Shown piece by piece: positions 1-12,680 of a stretch of DNA of 64,000 nt (position 1 is the stretch's first letter; each line of letters opens with the position of its first letter). Below the pieces are notes generated by a model. The model was not told the DNA's origin and made no database searches. It was given only the letters and a program-made list of their open reading frames with translations. A program made the position numbers and the translations under genes. The stretch comes from Hemiscyllium ocellatum (taxonomy: Eukaryota): the NCBI RefSeq assembly GCF_020745735.1, contig NC_083401.1:117301740-117365739 (forward strand), read 5' to 3'.

Positions 1-1310
1 AGGCTTTTCTCCTCTGTTTTAAATCTGCTACTACTTATCCTAAAATTATGATGTCTAGTTCTAGGTTACCCCCTAAAAAGAAACATCTTGACTATTTCTA
101 TGTTGTCAATCCCCTTTAGCATTTTGTATCCCTCAATTAGATCTATTCTAAATTCTAGAGCATATAGGCCAAATGGCTTGATATCTCTTCACAAGACAAA
201 CTCCTCTCCTCTGGAATCAAATTTAGTGAATCTCCTTTGAACCGCCCAAAATAACTACTTCTCTCCTCAAGTAAGTATAACAGTATGCAATACTTCAGGT
301 GTGGTCTCACTCCTGCCTTGTACATTTTTAGCAATATTTCAACTTTTATATTCTATTTATTTGTCAATAAATGCCAAAATTACATTTTTCTTCCTTATTA
401 CCTGCTCTACCTGCATACTAGTTTTCTGCAATTGAAGCACAAAGATCCCAGATCCCTCTACACTGCAGCTCTCTAAGGTTTCTCCCTATTTAGATAATAA
501 GTTACCTTTCTATTCTTCCAACCAAAATAGATAACTCCATACTTATCCATGTTAAAGCTCATCTGCCAAACTTGACCCATTCAACTGAACTATCAATATC
601 CATTTGTAAATTTCTCAATTCTTCAATGCAATTTACTTTCCCACCTAGTTAGTGTTGTCTGTAAATTTTGCTATCATATCTCTGTCAATGCATCTAAGTC
701 ATATATATAGATTTAAATAGTCAGGGGTTGAGGCACACCACTAGTTACACCTTACCATTGATTAAAAAAAAGACCCATTTATCCCAGCTATCTATTGTCT
801 GTTGGTTAGCCAATCCTCTATCCAAGCTAATAAATTAGCACCACTTGTGTGGTGCAGTGTTAATGTCCCTACCTCTTGTCCAGGAGGCCTGTATTCAGAT
901 CCCACTTGCTCCAGATGTATATCAAAACATCTCTGAACAAGTTGATTTGAAAATATCAATACATTATCCCTAACACCATGTGATATTCGATTGTATATAA
1001 ACCTTTTGTGTGGCACCTTGTTAAATGTTTTCTGGAAGTCCAGGTATGCTACATATATAGATTCCCAATTATTCACTTTGCTTGTTACATCTTCAAAGAA
1101 CTCTAGCAATTTAATCAAACATGACTTCCTTTCAAAAAAACCATGCTGATGACCCCCACTGATTATGTTTTAACTTTTCAAATGTCCTCTTAATACTTCC
1201 TTAATAATTTGCCAATGACAGATGTTAAACTAACTGGTCTATTGATTCCTACTTTCTGCCTTCCTTCCTTTTTGAGTATGGGTGTTACATTAGCATTTTT
1301 CTAATCAACT
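1..1310 (-). mobile_element. CR1-clade LINE, decayed 3' RT region
   Basis: ORF 792-1118 contains LLEFFEDVTSKV...YLDFQKTFNKVPHKR and LLAWIEDWLTNRQ, typical CR1 RT motifs; interrupted by a short SINE at 838-957. Confidence 0.85.
838..957 (+). mobile_element. short tRNA-head SINE (same family as 36759-36876)
   Basis: TGGTGCAGTGTT A-box-like head and ...CCCACTTGCTCCAG...CTGAACAAGTTGATT..AAATATC shared with 36759-36876; imperfect TSD AATAAATTA (829-837) / AATACATTA (958-966). Confidence 0.65.
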
Positions 1311-2735
1311 TTGATTTGATTTATCATTGTTATGTGTACCAAGATACAGTGAAAAGTATTGCTTTGCGTACTTTTAAGACAAATAATGCCTTGCATAAGT
1401 ACGTTAGTGTAATGTTGTGACTATAATGAGCTCAGCCAGGTGGACCTCACAAAATGGGTACTGATTGGGGCTGTACATCTTATCTAATCAGGAGCCTTGT
1501 CTGACAGATAAGAATGGGAGTGTCAGACATTCTGTTCACTCTGAGAGCTGGATCAGTGTCAAGGAGTCAAAATGTGCAAATAAAGGGTGACTTGGTGGCA
1601 GGATAATGGCCTCTGTCAAGCTATTTCAAATAATAGAACAGAATAATAGAACATATTATAGGGCTACAGGGAAGGTGCAGAGAAAGACCAATTCTAATAT
1701 ATAAGAGGTCCATTCAAAAGACTCAAAACAGCAGGGAAGAAACTGTTCTTGAATCTGTTGATACGTGTTTCAAATGTTTGTAACTTCTGCATGATGGAAG
1801 ACAGTGATAGAGAGTTGAAATAGAGTGGGAAGAATCTTCATTATATTGGCTGTTTTCCTGAGGTAGCAGGAAGTACAGACTGAGTCAGTTGGAAGGAAAG
1901 CTAGTTTGTGTAATGGACTGGGCTATGTTCAAAACTCTCTGTAACTTCTTGCAGTCTTGGGCAAAGCAGTTGCCAAACCAAGCTGTGATGCATTCGGATA
2001 GAATGCTTTCTATGGTACATCTTTAAAAATTAGTAAGAGTCATTGTGGACATGCCAAACTTTGTTAGCCTTCTGAGGATGTAGAGAGGTGATTTTTTGCC
2101 TGTAGTGTCAATGTGGATGGATCAGGACAGATTATTGGTGATATTTACTCCAAGAAGGTTGAAACTCTTGACCATTTTCATCTCAGAATCATTGACAGGG
2201 ACAAATGCATGTCGTCCACTCCACTTCCCGAAGTCAATGACCAGCTTCTTCATTTTGCTGACATTGAGGGAGAGATTGGCATCTTTACACTATGCCAGTA
2301 AACTGTCTCTCTTCCCTGTACTCTGTCTCATCATTGTTTGAGTTCTGATCCGCGACAGTGGTTTCATCAGCATATTTGTAAATGGAGTTACAGCTGAATT
2401 TGTCCTCACATCATGAGTGTATAAGGAGTATAGTAAGAGGCTGAGTGTACAGCCTTGTAGGGCACTGGGATGTTGAGGATTATCGTGGAGGAGGTGGTAT
2501 TGCCTATCCTTACTGATTTGTGGTCAGTGAGTCAGGAATCCAGTTGCAGAGGTGGGGAGCAGAACCCTACATCTCCAAGTTCAGAGATGAACTTAGTTGG
2601 AATTATAGTATTGAAGGTAGAGTGGAAGTCAATAAATAAGGTGTCTGACACAGGTGTCCTTGTTATTTAGGTGTTCCAGAGATGCTTGAAGGACCAGGGG
2701 GATAACATCTTCTGTGTACCTTTTACAACAGTAGA
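1311..2735 (-). mobile_element. Rex1/Babar-type LINE, decayed 3' half
   Basis: Minus-strand translation gives APTRLYTQP (for PQGCVLSP), KYADETTV, NLSLNVSKMKKLVIDFGK; short TTTGA repeat tail at about 1311-1322. Confidence 0.75.
1413..1628 (+). mobile_element. probable solo LTR inserted in the Rex1-like 3' UTR
   Basis: TG...CA termini, about 216 bp, internal AATAAA near 1579; TSD imperfect (GTAA/ATAA). Confidence 0.5.
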
Positions 2736-3081
2736 CAGAACTTTTCCCACCTCCAGGGATTTTTGGAATATTATAAATAGTGGATCAACTACCTCAGCTG
2801 TCGCCTCCTATAAGATCTGAGGCCAAAACATTAAAGACTTTAAAATAAGATATAGATATTGTTCTATGGATTAAAGGGGTCATAATATGTGGGGAAGAAG
2901 TAGGAATAGGGTGGTGGGTTGAATAATCAGCCAGGATCGTATAAGGGCGACAGCGTAGTGGTAACATTCAGGGACTAGCAATCGAGAAGCTCAGGGTTGG
3001 TGAGTTTAAATCCCACTTTGACAGATGGCAGAATTTAAATTCAGTTAAAATCTGTAATTAAATTATGGTCAATTGAACAAT

Positions 3082-3432
3082 ATAGTGGCTCAGTGATTAA
3101 CACTGCTATCAGACAGCACCAGGGGCCCAGGTTCAATTCCAGACTGTCTGTGTGGAGTTTGCACATTCTACTGGGTCTGGGTGGGTTTATGCAGTACTTC
3201 GATTTCCTCTTGCAGTCCAAAGATGTTCAGGTTAGGTGGATTAGCCAAATTGCTAAATTTCCCCATGGTGTCCAGAAGGTTGTCTGGGATTGTGTGTTTA
3301 GGTGGATTAGTCATGGTAAATTACAGAGCTAAGTTGGGGCGGTTGGGTCTGGGTGGGATGCTCTTCGAAGGGTCAGTGCAGACTTGATGAGCTGAATGTC
3401 TCATTCTGCACTGTAAGATTTTATGATTCTAT
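3082..3432 (+). mobile_element. HE1-like V-SINE (decayed)
   Basis: GTGGCTCAGTG..A box, GGTTCAATTCC B box, TGTGTGGAGTTTGCACATTCT V-domain, CR1-like tail. Confidence 0.85.
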
Positions 3433-3559
3433 ATCGTATGGTGGAGCAGTCTTGAGGGGCTGATTTGGCTACTGCTATTCCTGTATTCTATGTTTCTGTA
3501 ATACTAAATGGCAACATAATTAAGTGGATAATATAAGTAAATATCTAATTAATACTCAT

Positions 3560-4150
3560 TAAGTATGGTGGTTCAGGTGCTGTGTCAAAGCTTCAGTACA
3601 TAGGAGCTCAAGCATGTATTGAGCACAATCATATCTGGCAGTATGTATTTAATGTTTGAGCAGTTTCAACTTAGTTTGAGCTGAAAGGTGAACTATGGAC
3701 ACTATGGTGCATCAGGTACAGGGAATGGTCCATGGATTCTTTGTAGCAGGAGGCAGTCACACCTCTTAGGTTACAGTGTTTCATATGGCCAGTGGTCAGA
3801 CACAAGAGGGTGTGACTGTAAGTGGCATGGGTAAAGGGACCCAGATGACAGGAGTATGGAAGTGACAGACTCTGCAATTGTCAAACAAGTTTGAGGTTCT
3901 TTGTTATAACCAGCCTCTTGTCCCCAACTACTGATCACATCATAACACTGTTTCCTACCTAAGAGGCGTGACTGCCTCCTATTACAAAGAATCCAGGTAC
4001 CATTCCCCCTGTTGCACCACAGTGTCTGTAGTTCATCTTGCAGCTCATAAATGGAGCTGAAACTGCTCAAACCTCAAACACTTACTGCCAGAGATGTTTG
4101 CTCTGGATCACATGCTTAAGCTCCTACATAGTGAAGCTTTGGCACACCAC
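3560..4150. repeat. two CR1 ORF1-like fragments in inverted (tail-to-tail) orientation
   Basis: GGATTCTTTGTAGCAGGAGGCAGTCACACCTCTTAGG (about 3734-3770) is the near reverse complement of CCTAAGAGGCGTGACTGCCTCCTATTACAAAGAATCC (about 3958-3994); LSNKFEVL motif on +. Confidence 0.6.
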
Positions 4151-7100
4151 CTATACTACCATTCTTAATGAGTTTTTAATTAATTATTTACTTACATGAA
4201 GCAGTAAATCACAGTTTGGACTTGGTCATAACAATATTCTTAATAATGTTTTTTTACTGAATATAGTTGACAAAACAGTCTAAAATTATAGACTTTTGTC
4301 TTTTGATTCTAAGTCAAAACAAAATGCTGGAAGTAGCAGGTTAAGCAACAGACACATACTTCAGGTCAATGAGCTTTTCACTGCTATGAGCATTTCCAGT
4401 ATTTTCTTTTTGTTTCAGATTTTTAAGGCCTGTGCTATTTTGCTTCTGCCTCTCACTGTATTGCTTATAAGTAAGAAATTAACCCAGTCCTTTTGTTTCT
4501 ATCCTTTCTGAACTAATATCTTTTTTGTATTTGAAGTCAGAAATCAGAAACCACATGGCATAATGCTCTAAAAGCCTGGTGTTCCAAAGGATATTTTCAA
4601 GGACAAACAAAGGCTTTTTTTTAATTTCACTTCACAGTTGGGCCAAAGTGTCCAGTATATCTGCATGATGACAGCTGACTTGAGTTTCTCTTGTAAGAGA
4701 CATTTTACAACCATAGAAAATTTTGATATGTATCCCATTAGGCCTTTGACTGTGTACTGTATCTTCTGCTCTCACTTCTAGTCTGCATCTGTCATGAGAC
4801 AAATATTCCGGTACAGTGTAACAGCTGAAAAGCCATAGCCTTTTGCACGTGTTTCTTCTCTCCCTTGAGTAACTAAGGCAAAGTTCAGCTGAAGGACGTA
4901 TCTTTACTTCAGAGTCGTGTGACATTCAGGTGAGTCATTTGGACTGTGCTTTATCATATTTTAACCAAACCGGTCCAGACTGCATGAAACTGGATTCAAA
5001 TGCAACAAGAAACTTTTATGTACGGCAGATCACATTATGTCTGATTAAAAATATAATTAGTAGAATAGAACATTACTTAATGAATGTTAGGACAAGAAAG
5101 AATGAGTATGATCTTATTTTGCAGTTTTGTTCAGTTTGGCTGTCTAAGGAATGAACGAGGGATCAAGAGGCCAGCCTGGCATGTTAGATTTATCAGAGCA
5201 AATAATTATACTAGTTATACTTTCATATTACAGTATTTCAAGCTTTGAACATTTTGATCACATTAAACAAATGCAAAAAAGTTTTCCAGAGAAACAAATT
5301 GCATGTATGACCTTTAATATGCCTGTCATTGATATGGTGTTGCAGCACTGTTATGACGCATTTTAATGAATTAAGAACTAGGCTGTAGAGGACCCTAACA
5401 GCAACAAATTTTAATGCATGTGGATCATAGGAAGGAAACCCCACTCCCTGTTTGCTTTAGGCATGATAAATCCAAGTACTGCACTGCAGCTGACACTCAA
5501 AAGGCATTTTAATTATATTTGTGAAAAATAAAAAAAAGTACAATGGAGCTCTTTCACAATCTACAGAGATTTTTAAAATTACACTCTGGGGTTCAAGTTG
5601 ATTTCAAAATGGATCAGATCATTTAAAATAAATTTCAAAAAGTATATGAGTAGGAAAGGTTTGGAGGGATTTGGGCCAGGAGCAGGCAGGTGGGACTAGT
5701 TTAGTTTGGGATTATGTTCAGCATGGACTGGTTGGGCCAAAGGGTCTGTTTCCATGCTGTATTACTCTAACTTTATTAGAGTTTCATCTCATTCTTTTGA
5801 TTCACAAACAGTATGACGCAATAGCATGAGAGTAAGTTCACCACATGTGTGACTTACCTTTCTGAGAAGTGTTTCAGAAACCCAGATAAAATAGAGCAAG
5901 CAGGTTAAAGAGATCATGTTTGTGGGAATGTACCCACACTGACTCCCACACATCCACTTTTTCATAATAATATTCTTAATAACCTTTGTTTTACCCAACA
6001 TAGTTATAAAATTATTGACTTTTATTCTTTTGATTGTGAGTAAAACATAAAATATTTGAATTAGCAGATTAAGCAACAAACATATTGAGATACAATGTTA
6101 ACATTTAAGGTCAATGACCTTTGTCTGTCATGAGCATTTCCAGTATTTTCTGTTTTTATTTCGGATTCTCAACACTTTTGCTTCTGCCAATTGTGGTAGA
6201 ATATACTTGCAGTGGGATAATTATGCTACAGATGAGAAATGAGCGAAGTGTTGTATGTTGTGGTGCCAACCATTGTAAGCTTGTGATTGCTATTGAATAC
6301 TGTTCACAATTCTAGTGAATGGTGATCATGCTATTTGGTATACTTTTTGTATCATAAAAGTTGGAGTGGATGAAAAGGAGAAGCCTTTGAAAATCAAAAT
6401 CCCTTATTTTAAATAAAAGTTTTGAATGATAATGCTAAAGAGCAGCAATGGGGTTAGTGTTGTCTGTTGTCATGCCAACAATTTGCAGCACTGTACTGTA
6501 CTGTTGGAGTACAGTACTGATTCCCAGTTCACCACTCTATACTGTACTGAGGGCCTGTCAGACAATAGAAGAGGATAACCCATTAGTTAATCTTAACAAC
6601 AAGAAATAGTTTATAGCATGACAGCATTAAATGCAAGTTACATCAGCTAGTTAAACATAATCATCGACTAACAGGAGCAGGAGCTGACATGACTAAACTT
6701 TTGCGATTAAGAGCTAGACTCAGTTTGCCATGCAAGACTATATGACGTCATCACATTAGGTGGAATCAAATACAATTTTCCACATTAACAATTTCAGAAC
6801 CTTGACCTTAGACAGCAGATCTCCAAAGGTATTTTTTGTTCCAGTCCTTAATGTTCATCTATACGGATATATTACTGTTTTGTATTTATGGCTGTAATCC
6901 CTTTTTCTACTCTGCCATGAGTTCAGAAAGGCAAATTAAATCTTCTACAGTTGTCCATATACTGGTTGTTGGCAATGTTTTATTCCTAGACTAGATTTTC
7001 TTTCTTTTTATTCATTCATGGTATGCGTGTTACTGGCTGGACAAGCATATTATTCAACTCTAATTTTCCTAGAACTGAGCAACTTATTTAGGACAATTAG

Positions 7101-7273
7101 AGTTGTTAAAGGAAATTGAGGGTAATTAAGAGTCAACAACATTGGGTTTGGAGTCACATGTGGGTCAGATCAGGTAAGGATGGCAGGTTTCCTTACTCAC
7201 ATAACATTAATGAACTAGATGGCCAAAAGTTACATGGCTGCCATTACACTAGCTTTCAATTCCAGATATGTTT

Positions 7274-8141
7274 GATGTGGTTCTGTTCGCCGAGCTGGGA
7301 AATTTGTGTTGCAGACGTTTCATCCCCTGTCTAGGTGACATCCTCAGTGCTTGAGAGCCTCCTGTGAAGCGCTTCTGTGATGTTTCCTCCAGCATTTATA
7401 GTGGTTTGTCTCTGCCGCTTCCAGTTGTCAGTTGCTGTCCCTGGCAGTGGCTGCTATATTGAGTCCAGGTCGATGTGTTTGTTGATAGAATCTGTGGATG
7501 AGTGCCATGCCTGTGGGAATTCCCTGGCTGTTTTCTGTTTGGCTTGTACTATAACAGTAGTGTTGTCCCAATCTACTCATGTTGCTTGTCATCCGTGTGT
7601 GTAGCTGCTAAGGATAGCTGGTCGTGTCGTTTCGTGGCTAGTTGAAGTTCATGGATACAGATCGTTAGCTGTCTTCCTGTTTGTCCTATGTAGTGTTTCG
7701 TGCAGTCCTTGCATGGGATTTTGTACACTACATTGGGTTTGCTCATGCTGGGTATCGGGTCCTTTGTCCTGGTGAGATGTTGTCTGAGAGTGGCTGTTGG
7801 TTTATATGCTGTTATGAGTCCTAGTGGTTGTAGTAGTCTGGCTGTCAGTTCAGAAATGATCTTGATGTATGGTAACGTGGCTAGTCCTTTGGATTGTGGC
7901 ATGTCCTCATTCCGTTGTCTTTCCCTTAGGCATCTGTTGATGAAATTGCGGGGGTATCCGTTTTTGGCAAATACATTGTAGAAGTGTTCTTCTTCCTCTT
8001 TTTACAGCTCTGGTGTTCTGCAGTGTGTTGTGGCCCTTTTGAACAGTGTCTTGATGCAACTTTTGTGTGTGTTGGGGTGGTTGCTTTTGTAGTTCAGGAC
8101 TTGGTCTGTGTGTATGGTTTTCCTGTATACTTTTGTGGTGA
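7274..8141 (-). mobile_element. Penelope-like element (Poseidon/Penelope type), 5'-truncated: RT thumb, GIY-YIG endonuclease and pLTR
   Basis: ORF 7573-7902 NVVYKIPCKDCTKHYIGQTGRQL...IHE (GIY-YIG); LPYIK linker; possible TSD ATGTTT (7268-7273 / 8142-8147). Confidence 0.9.
7311..7350 (-). ncRNA. minimal type I hammerhead ribozyme motif, catalytic core intact
   Basis: Minus strand reads GCA-CUGAGGA-U-GUCACC-UAGACA-GGGGAU-GAAA-CG-UC-UGC: CUGANGA and GAAA boxes, stem II, UC cleavage site, 3-bp stem I. Confidence 0.8.
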
Positions 8142-8949
8142 ATGTTTATTGATTTCAAATTTCAGTATATGTCATGGTGTGATTTGAAAACCATGTTCCT
8201 AAAACATTTATGTCACACTCTGGATTATGAGTCCAGTGAAATTATTATTGTTCCATTGCTGCGTCCTTGAAACTTTTTGATTAATTTATGCAATGTGGGC
8301 ACCATTTGCTAGGTCAGAATTTATTGCCCACCCCTCATGGTCCTGGAGAAGGTGGTGGTGAGCTGCTTTCTTGAACTACTGTGGGCCGCTTTGAATAGGT
8401 GCACCCACACAGCTGTTCGAGAAAGAGTTCCAGAAATTTAATCCAGCAACATTGAAGGAATGGTGATATATTTCCAAACCAGGATGGTGAATTGCTTGGA
8501 AGGGAACTTGTAGGTAGCAGTATTCCTATGTTCCTGCTGCCAATGGCTTTCCAGATGCTACTGATCATGGATTTGGAAGGTGCTGTCAGAGGAGGCCAAG
8601 TAAATTTCAACAGTGCATCTTATAGATGGTACACACTGGTGCCACTAAGCTTTGATGATAGTAGGAGTGAATATTTATGGATGAGTTGCCGATGAAGTGG
8701 GCTCTTCTGTCCTGGATTATGTCCAGATTCTTGAATGCGTTTGGAGATACAATTTATCTAAGCAATTGGGGAGTATTCCATCAAATTGCTGTAGATGTGT
8801 AGATTTTGCCTTATAGGTGTTGGGCAGGCTTTCAAGAGTTAAGAGGTGAGTTGCTCACTGCAGCATTCCTAGCTTCTGACCTGTTCTTTTTGTCACTGTT
8901 TTATAAGACTAGCCCAGTTTAGTTCCTATTCAGTGGTAACATCCAGGAT

Positions 8950-9118
8950 AAAATCTTCGAGTAAAAAGTGAGGTCTGCAGATGCTGGAGATCAGAGCTGA
9001 AAATGTGTTGCTGGTTAAAGCACAGCAGGTTAGGCAGCATCCAAGGAACAGGAAATTCGACGTTTCGGGCCAGAGCCCTTCATCAGGGCTGTGCTTTAAC
9101 CAGCAACACATTTTCAGC
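8950..9118. mobile_element. fold-back Penelope pLTR-derived mini-element with HHR core on minus (9055-9087)
   Basis: Exact 13-bp TSD TAACATCCAGGAT (8937-8949 / 9119-9131); inverted arms AGCTGAAAATGTGTTGCTGGTTAAAGCACAGC; minus strand CUGAUGA-A-GGGC-UCUG-GCCC-GAAA-CG-UC-GAAU. Confidence 0.9.
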
Positions 9119-9781
9119 TAACATCCAGGATGCTGATTACTGGGGTTTCAGTGATAATAATGTCATAGAATGTCAAGGGTCAATACTTAGATTCTGGCTT
9201 GTTAGAGATGGTTACTGCCCTGGCACAAGTGCAGCACGAATGTTAACTTTCCACTTGTCAGCCCAATGCTGAACAGGTTCCAGGTCTTGCTCCATTTAGA
9301 CATAGACTGCTTCAGTCTCTAACAAGTTACAAACGGTGCTGAATATTGTGCAAAATCATCAGAAAACATTACCATTTCTGACCTTATGATGGGAGGAAGG
9401 TCATTAATGAAGCAGCTGAAAATGTTCAGCCAAAGGCACTGCTTTGAGACATTTCTATAAAGATGTCCTGGATCTGAAATGACTGACCCAAACAACAACA
9501 ATCATCTTCCTCTGTGCCAATGATGACTCTGACCAGGAGAAGGTTTTCCCCCAATTTCCATTCCCAAAACTTTAGTTTTGCTACTGCTCCTTGATGTGAC
9601 GTTCAGTCAAATGTGGCCTTTATGTGAAGGGCAGGCACTGTCACCCTACCTCCTGGAGTTCAGCTGTTTTGTGTATGTTTGAACCAAGGCTGTAATGTGG
9701 TAAGAGCTGAATGGCCCTTCCAGACCCCAAACAAAGCATGGAAGAAAAAATTATTCCTGAGCAAGTTCTGCTTAATAACAC

Positions 9782-10002
9782 ACGAAACCAGAAATTGCTG
9801 GAAAAACTCAGCAGATCTGGCAGCATCTGTGGAGAGAAAGCAGAGTTACATTTTAGGTCATCTGAACCATCTGAAGAAGGGTCACTGGACCCAAAACTTT
9901 AACTCTGCTTTCTCTCCAATATGTTGCCAGACCCACTGAGTTTTTCCAACAGTTTGTTTTAGTTTCTAATTTCCAGCATCCACAGTTCTGTTGGCTTTAT
10001 GA
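9782..10002. mobile_element. fold-back Penelope-derived mini-element (older family) with degenerate HHR at 9871-9904
   Basis: 10-bp TSD TTAATAACAC (9772-9781 / 10003-10012); inverted arms; CUGAAGA-A-GGGUC-ACUG-GACCC-AAAA. Confidence 0.8.
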
Positions 10003-10689
10003 TTAATAACACTGTTGATGACCTTTTCCACTACTGATGGTTGAGAATAGGCTGATGGGTTGTAATTGGCTGGGTTAGATTTGCCCTGGGTTAGAACATG
10101 CCAGGGCAATTTCCTGTTAGATGCCAGTGTCATAACTGCACTTGGAATGTTGAACTAGCTTAACTCATTCTGCTATGATAAGGATATTGAGGTCAAGATG
10201 TGTGTAGGCTCAAATATGAGAGCCAATCATTGTGAACTATATACACATTTTCAACTCTCTTATGCTCTTTGTTTTACAGGCACAGTTGCAGCTTTCCTTT
10301 AGTTTTGAGAATTATTTCGCCTGTATTGCAAAGTTTCATCTGTGTATGTTGTAACTTCTGTTTCTTCTGTTATGTATCTAAGCGAACAGGATGGTGACGC
10401 TCAATCCTGTGTGAAAGTTAAAATTAATGAGCTATCAATTGACAGACATATGTTCTTTTCAAATTGAGCCAGGCAAATCATTCATTTCCCCTAGAAATGC
10501 CTCTGCTATCTTTTCCAGTGTGGTGAAAATCTTTGTATGTGTAATAAGTTTGCTTTCTGCTTCTTTAAAACTGTGACTTACTTCTGTCTATCTTCTGGAA
10601 GAGACTTATAGTTTTACAGATTTAGCAACCATTTGTCAGAGCTCAGGACTAGTGATTGTGAGGCATTTTTGTTTCACAACACTGACACT

Positions 10690-12680
10690 GTCTGCCTCAT
10701 TATGCGGTATGTGGAACAATCCTTGTTCCAGTCTTATACTGGCCCTCTACCACAACTTTTTTCTCAGTACATTAATGCCTACTTCAGTGTGACTTCATGC
10801 TCCTAGCAGGTCCTTGAAAACTTCATTCATTTTCTTCTCAATTTCCACCCCTCTTTAACTTTCATATCATCCATTTCTAACACTTCCCTTCCTTTCCTTG
10901 ACCTCTGTCTCCATTTCAGGGAATAAACTGCCCAATGTCATTCACTGCAAAACCACTGACTGTTGTAGCTACCTTGACTACACCTCGTCAAATCCCATGT
11001 CCTGCAAGAATTCCATCCCATTCTTTTAATTCCTTTGTCTACGTGCATCTGTTTGGATCTTGTCACCTTCCAAAACGACATTGCTGACATGGCTTGCTTT
11101 TTCCATGACCATGGTTTTCCACTCACTGTGGTTGACAGGGGCTGCAACTGCATCCAACTTATCATGTGTGCTTCTGCTCTTGCCCCTTCCCATCACTCTC
11201 AACAGCGTGATTGGGTTCCTCTTGTCCTTACTTTTCATCCCACCAACCTCTGTATTCAAAGAATCATTCTCCACCATTTCAGACAACTCCAGCAGAACAC
11301 CACCACCAAACATCTTCCCCTCTGCATTTAACAGGGTTTGTCCCTAGTCCATTCCACAATCCCAAACGACCTCCCCCACTCCATGGCACTTATCCATGTA
11401 ACCACAGAAGGTGAAACACCTGCACCTCCACCTCTTCCCTTTTCACCATCGAAGGGCCTAAACAGTCTTTCCAGATGAAGCAACATTTCATCTGCACTTT
11501 CTCCAATCTTGTGAATTATATTCTTGTGTTGCCAATGAGGTCTACTCTACATTGGAGAAACCAATATGGACTGAGTGACCATGCGTAAGCATGATCCCAG
11601 CCTTTCCATAGCCAGTTATTTTAATACAGCATCCTGCTCGCAAGCCCACTTGTCTGTCCTTGGCATGCTGCAGTGTTCCAGTGAATCACAGCACAAGCTA
11701 GAGGAACAACATGTCATCTCCAGGCTGGGAATGTTATAGCTTTCTGGACTTAATACTGAGTCTAACACCTTTGTGAACCAGTTCTTCCCTTTCTTTTAGC
11801 TTGTTATCATATCCTCCCCTCCCCCATCCTAGTTACTGTTCTTCCATCGTTGCTCCCGATGTCGTCTCCTGTACACTGGGGAGACAGGACGCTTACTCGC
11901 AGAACGCTTCAAAGAACATCTCCAGGATACCTGCACCAGTCAACCCCACCGCCCCCATGGCCGAAAACTTCAACCTCCCCTCCCACTCTGCCAAGGACAT
12001 GCAGGTCCTGGGCCTCCTCCATCGCCACACCCTTACCACCCGATGCCTGGAGGAAGAATGCCTCATCTTCCGCCTTGGGACTCTCCAACCCCATGGCATC
12101 AATGTGAATTTCACCAGTTTCCTCACCAATTTCCCCTCCCTTCCCATCTTACCCCAGTTACAACCTTCCAACTCAGCACCGTCCTCATGACATTCCACAT
12201 CTGTCCATCTCCCACCACCACCCCCCCGACCCCTCACCTCCCCATCGCCATTTATCTCTCAGCCCCCGAGGCTCCCAACCTCATTCCTGATGAGGGGCAT
12301 TCGCCTGAAGCATCGATTTTCCTGCTTCTCTGGTGCTGCCTGACCTGCTGTGCTTTTCCAGCACCACACCCTTGACACTATTCTTTCAAGTCTGGCAGGA
12401 GACGTGCCATTGTTTTGCCATTCTGAAATTCCAAATGCTTTATTTGAACTGTCAACATCTTTTCTCCACCAACCTACACCCAGTACCCCCATAGCACCCC
12501 TGCCTCCAAATTATAGCATAAATGCTGTCCCCTCCATACATCATTTTAGCTCTGATAAAAAGTATCTAGATTCGAAATGTTAGCTTACACTCTCTCTATG
12601 GATGCTGTCTGACTCACTGTGATTGCCATCATTTGTTGTTTTCAGTACAGATTCCAGCGCCTGCAGGAATTAGTTCCTAC
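10690..12680 (+). mobile_element. Neptune-type Penelope-like element, decayed, with a nested younger copy
   Basis: Frameshifted FLDL..SYLDYTSSNPMSCKNSIP, VPLVLTFHPTNL, YIGET motifs; degenerate HHR at 12548-12585 (AGCU-CUGAUAA...GAAA-UG-UU-AGCU). Confidence 0.8.
11847..12376 (+). mobile_element. younger Neptune-type PLE 3' fragment (GIY-YIG C-terminus and pLTR)
   Basis: LLYTGETGRLLAERFKEH and HSAKDMQVLGL...EEECLIFRLGTLQPHGIN, matching the 46041 ORF; degenerate HHR 12283-12318; imperfect TSD ACTGTTCTTCCA / ACTATTCTTTCA. Confidence 0.85.

Larger units (their letters stand above)
8275..10140 (-). mobile_element. second CR1-clade LINE family, decayed (further pieces at about 27850-28300, 61480-61860, 63245-64000)
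   Basis: Minus-strand motifs FSCFINDLPPIIRSEMVMFSDD (ORF 9319) and MEYSPLTWISA..LKMLETIQDK (ORF 63009). Confidence 0.7.

Noticed and set aside
8950-9118. Classifying the fold-back mini-elements as DNA-transposon MITEs
   Set aside because: The inverted repeats are asymmetric and not terminal on both sides, TSD lengths vary, and the sequence matches PLE 3' ends
10280-10472. Coding exon after a strong TTTTACAG acceptor
   Set aside because: No canonical GT donor and no recognisable protein in any frame
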